The translations under genes were made by a program, and so were the position numbers. Below are positions 59,701 through 64,000 of a stretch of DNA of 64,000 bases, piece by piece; within the stretch, counting starts at the first letter, position 1; every line of letters starts with the position of its first letter. The DNA is taken from assembly GCA_964016885.1 (NCBI GenBank), contig OZ024741.1, forward strand, positions 29,450,001 to 29,514,000, written 5' to 3'. This DNA is from Eledone cirrhosa. Its lineage: Eukaryota. The notes beneath the pieces are model-generated. The model had not been told where the DNA came from, did no database searches, and was given only the letters and a program-made list of their open reading frames with translations.

Positions 59701-62700
59701 GGTATTGTGTAGGTGACACCAGTACTATAGATTAGTATTGTGTAGGTGACACCAGTACTATAGATTAGTATTGTGTAGGTGACACCAGTACTATAGATTA
59801 GTATTGTGTAGGTGACACCAGTACTAAAGAGTAGTATTGTGTAGGTGACACCAGCACTATAGATTGGTATTGTGTAGGTGACACCAGTACTCTAGATTGG
59901 TATTGTGTAGGTGACACCAGTACTAAAGATTGGTATTGTATAGGTGACATCAGTACAATAGATTGGTATTGTATAGGTGACACCAGTACTTTAGATTGGT
60001 ATTGTGTAGGTGACATCAATACTATAGATTGGTATTGTATAGGTGACACCAGTACTATAGATTGGTATTGTGTAGGTGACACCAGTACTATAGATTGGTA
60101 TTGCGTAGGTGAGACCAGTACTATAATTTGGCATTGTGTAGGTGACATCAGTACTATAGATTGGTATTGTGTAGATGACATCAGTACTATAGTTTGGTAT
60201 TGTGTAGGTGACACCAGTACTATAGATTAGTATTGTGTAGGTGACACCAGTACTATAGATTGATATTGTGTAGGTGACACCAGTACTATAGATTGGTATT
60301 GTGTAGGTGACATCAGTACTATAGATTAGTATTGTGTAGGTGACACCATTACTATAGATTAGTATTGTGTAGGTGACACCAGTACTATAGATTGGTATTG
60401 TGTAGGTGACATCAGTATTATAGATTTGTATTGTGTAGGTGACACCAGTACTATAGATTGGTATTGTGTAGATGACATCAGTACTATAGATTGGTATTGT
60501 ATAGGTGACACCAGTACTATAGATTGGTATTGTGTAGGTGACACCAGTACTATAGATTAGTATTGTGTAGGTGACACCAGTACTATAGATTTGTATTGTG
60601 TAGGTGACATCAGTACTATAGATTGGTATTGTGTAGGTGACATCAGTAATATAGATTAGTATTGTGTAGGTGACACCAGTACTATAGATTGGTATTGTGT
60701 AGGTGACATCAGTACTATAGATTGGTATTGTGTAGGTGACATCAGTACTATAGATTTGTATCGTGTAGGTGACATCAGTACTATAGATTGGTATTGTGTA
60801 GGTGACATCAATATTATAGATTTGTATTGTGTAGGTGACACCAGTACTATAGATTGGTATTGTGTAGGTGACACCAGTACTATAGATTGGTATTGTGTAG
60901 GTGACACCAGTACTATAGATTGGTATTGCGTAGGTGACATCAATACTATAGATTAGTATTCTGTAGGTGACATCAGTACTATAGATTAGTATTGTGTAGG
61001 TGACACCAGTACTATAGATTGGTATTGTGTAGGTGACACCAGTACTATAGATTAGTATCGTGTAGGTGACACCAGTACTATAGATTGGTATTGTGTAGGT
61101 GACACCAGTACTATAGATTTGTATTGTGTAGGTGACATCAGTTCTATAGATTAGTATTGTGTAGGTGACACCAGTACTATAGATTAGTATTGTGTAGGTG
61201 ACACCAGTACTATAGATTAGTATTGTGTAGGTGACACCAGTACTATAGATTGGTATTGTGTAGTTGACACCAGTACTAAAGATTGGTATTGTGTAGGTGA
61301 CATCAGTACTATAGATTGGTATTGTATAGGTGACACCAGTACTATAGATTGGTATTGTGTAGGTGACATCAGTACTATAGATTGGTATTGTATAGGTGAC
61401 ACCAGTACTATTGATTGGTATTGTGTAGGTGACACCAGTACTAAAGATTTGTATTGTGTAGGTGACATCAGTACTACAGATTGGTATTGTGTAGGTGACA
61501 CCAGTACTATAGATTGGTATTGTGTAGGTGACACCAATACTATAGATTGGTATTGTGTAGGTGACACCAGTACTATAGATTGGTATTCTGTAGGTGACAC
61601 CAGTACAATAGATTAGTATTGTGTAGGTGACACCAGTACTATACATTGGTATTGTGTAGGTGACACCAGTACTATAGATTAGTATTGTGTAGGTGACATC
61701 AGTACTATAGATTGGTATTGTATAGGTAACACCAGTACTATAGATTGGTATTGTGTAGGTGACACCAGTCCTATAGATTGGTATTGTGTAGGTGACACCA
61801 GTACTATAGATTGGTATTGTGTAGGTGACATCAGTACTATAGATTGGTATTGTTTAGTTGACACCAGTACTATAGATTAGTATTGTGTAGGTGACATCAG
61901 TACTATAGATTGTTATTGTATAGGTGACACCAGTACTATAGATTGGTATTGTGTAGGTGACACCAGTACTATAGATTGGTATTGTGTAGGTGACATCAGT
62001 ACTATAGATTTGTATTGTGTAGGTGACATCAGTACTATAGATTGGTAATGTGTAGGTGACACCAGTACTATAGATTGGTATTGTGTAGGTGACATCAGTA
62101 CTATAGATTAGTATTGTGTAGGTGACACCAGTACTATAGATTAGTATTGTGTAGGTGACACCAGTACTATAGATTAGTATTGTGTAGGTGACACCAGTAC
62201 TAAAGAGTAGTATTGTGTAGGTGACACCAGCACTATAGATTGGTATTGTGTAGGTGACACCAGTACTCTAGATTGGTATTGTGTAGGTGACACCAGTACT
62301 AAAGATTGGTATTGTATAGGTGACATCAGTACAATAGATTGGTATTGTATAGGTGACACCAGTACTATAGATTGGTATTGTGTAGGTGACATCAATACAA
62401 TAGATTGGTATTGTATAGGTGACACCAGTACAATAGATTGGTATTGTGTAGGTGACACCAGTACTATAGATTGGTATTGCGTAGGTGAGACCAGTACTAT
62501 AATTTGGCATTGTGTAGGTGACATCAGTACTATAGATTGGTATTGTGTAGATGACATCAGTACTATAGATTGGTATTGTGTAGGTGACACCAGTACTATA
62601 GATTAGTATTGTGTAGGTGACACCAGTACTATAGATTGTTATTGTGTAGGTGACACCAGTACTATAGATTGGTATTGTGTAGGTGACATCAGTACTATAG

Positions 62701-64000
62701 ATTAGTATTGTGTAGGTGACACCATTACTATAGATTAGTATTGTGTAGGTGACACCAGTACTATAGATTGGTATTGTGTAGGTGACATCAGTATTATAGA
62801 TTTGTATTGTGTAGGTGACACCAGTACTATAGATTGGTATTGTGTAGGTGACATCAGTACTATAGATTGGTATTGTATAGGTGACACCAGTACTATAGAT
62901 TGGTATTGTGTAGGTGACATCAGTACTATAGATTAGTATTGTATAGGTGACACCAGTAATATAGATTGGTATTGTGTAGGTGACACCAGTACTAAAGATT
63001 TGTATTGTGTAGGTGACATCAGTACTATAGATTGGTATTGTGTAGGTGACACCAGTACTATAGATTGGTATTGTGTAGATGACATCAGTACTATAGATTG
63101 GTATTGTATAGGTGACACCAGTACTATAGATTGGTATTGTGTAGGTGACACCAGTACTATAGATTAGTATTGTGTAGGTGACACCAGTACTATAGATTTG
63201 TATTGTGTAGGTGACATCAGTACTATAGATTGGTATTGTGTAGGTGACATCAGTAATATAGATTAGTATTGTGTAGGTGACACCAGTACTATAGATTGGT
63301 ATTGTGTAGGTGACATCAGTACTATAGATTGGTATTGTGTAGGTGACATCAGTACTATAGATTTGTATCGTGTAGGTGACATCAGTACTATAGATTGGTA
63401 TTGTGTAGGTGACATCAATATTATAGATTTGTATTGTGTAGGTGACACCAGTACTATAGATTGGTATTGTGTAGGTGACACCAGTACTATAGATTGGTAT
63501 TGTGTAGGTGACACCAGTACTATAGATTGGTATTGCGTAGGTGACATCAATACTATAGATTAGTATTCTGTAGGTGACATCAGTACTATAGATTAGTATT
63601 GTGTAGGTGACACCAGTACTATAGATTGGTATTGTGTAGGTGACACCAGTACTATAGATTAGTATCGTGTAGGTGACACCAGTACTATAGATTGGTATTG
63701 TGTAGGTGACACCAGTACTATAGATTAGTATTGTGTAGGTGACATCAGTTCTATAGATTAGTATTGTGTAGGTGACACCAGTACTATAGATTAGTATTGT
63801 GTAGGTGACACCAGTACTATAGATTAGTATTGTGTAGGTGACACCAGTACTATAGATTGGTATTGTGTAGTTGACACCAGTACTAAAGATTGGTATCGTG
63901 TAGGTGACATCAGTACTATAGACTGGTATTGTATAGGTGACACCAGTACTATTGATTGGTATTGTGTAGGTGACACCAGTACTAAAGATTTGTATTGTGT
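50800..64000. repeat. Tandem higher-order repeat of about 3.6-3.8 kb (110-115 monomers): about three copies plus an internally deleted fourth
   Basis: GGTCACACC marker at 51135, 54930 and 58560 (offsets 3795, 3630). ORF series 51713/55508/59138/61679 and 53297/57026/60656/63263. Shared AGTCCTATAG, ATAATTTGGC and AAAGAGTAG variants. Confidence 0.9.

Larger units (their letters stand above)
1..64000. repeat. 33-bp tandem satellite array, about 1,940 head-to-tail monomers, running off both window edges
   Basis: Monomer GTATTGTGTAGGTGACA[C/T]CAGTACTATAGATT[G/A/T] repeats from base 1 to the end. Monomer starts at 1, 31025 and 63992 fit 941x33+7-36 and 999x33 exactly. Confidence 0.99.

Noticed and set aside
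394-63563. Short (SPTQYQSIVLV)n minus-strand and (DWYCVGDTSTI)n plus-strand ORFs
   Set aside because: These are alternative frames of the same monomer. The very common A33 variant terminates both.
1-64000. CRISPR array (repeat length in range, internal dyad)
   Set aside because: Monomers abut directly with no unique spacers, and there is no leader or cas gene.
1-64000. Telomerase-made telomeric repeat (G-skewed strand, TGTGTAGG motif)
   Set aside because: Rare variants are inherited in multi-kilobase duplicated blocks, which indicates recombinational copying rather than templated addition. No chromosome end is visible. A subtelomeric or recombination-maintained terminal location cannot be excluded.
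1-64000. Rolling-circle or primer-concatemer sequencing artefact
   Set aside because: Variants are not random errors. They recur in ordered, nested blocks of differing divergence, and indels are rare and shared. Local misassembly of individual blocks remains possible.
1-64000. CpG-methylation decay or G-quadruplex explanation of the variant pattern
   Set aside because: The consensus has no CpG, the two main transitions are not in CpG context, and G runs in the consensus are only GG and widely spaced.
1-64000. Embedded transposon, RNA gene or unique island hidden in the array
   Set aside because: Phase accounting closes exactly with 13 small indels, and I saw no non-monomer stretch while reading through.

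Overview
The whole 64 kb window is one uninterrupted head-to-tail tandem array (satellite or very large minisatellite). The monomer is 33 bp, consensus GTATTGTGTAGGTGACACCAGTACTATAGATTG (13/33 GC, 9 G versus 4 C on the + strand, no CpG). Phase arithmetic gives 1,940 full monomers plus 9 bp once 7 one-base insertions and 6 six-base deletions are counted, all of them left of about 30.5 kb. I saw no unique sequence, inversion, spacer, transposon, RNA gene or credible protein-coding gene. The ORF track is a by-product of a monomer length divisible by 3 with a stop-free consensus. The real structure is a variant code (two multi-allelic sites plus rare linked markers) that exposes nested higher-order duplications of about 0.5, 1.1, 2.3, 3.2, 3.6-3.8, 5.6, 8.9 and 9.6 kb. 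The monomer also carries short dyads and resembles an SP6 phage promoter split by 6 bp, probably by chance. The organism and function cannot be determined from this window; a eukaryotic satellite is the most economical reading. I found no supportable new gene system. Duplication boundaries were read by eye and are approximate.
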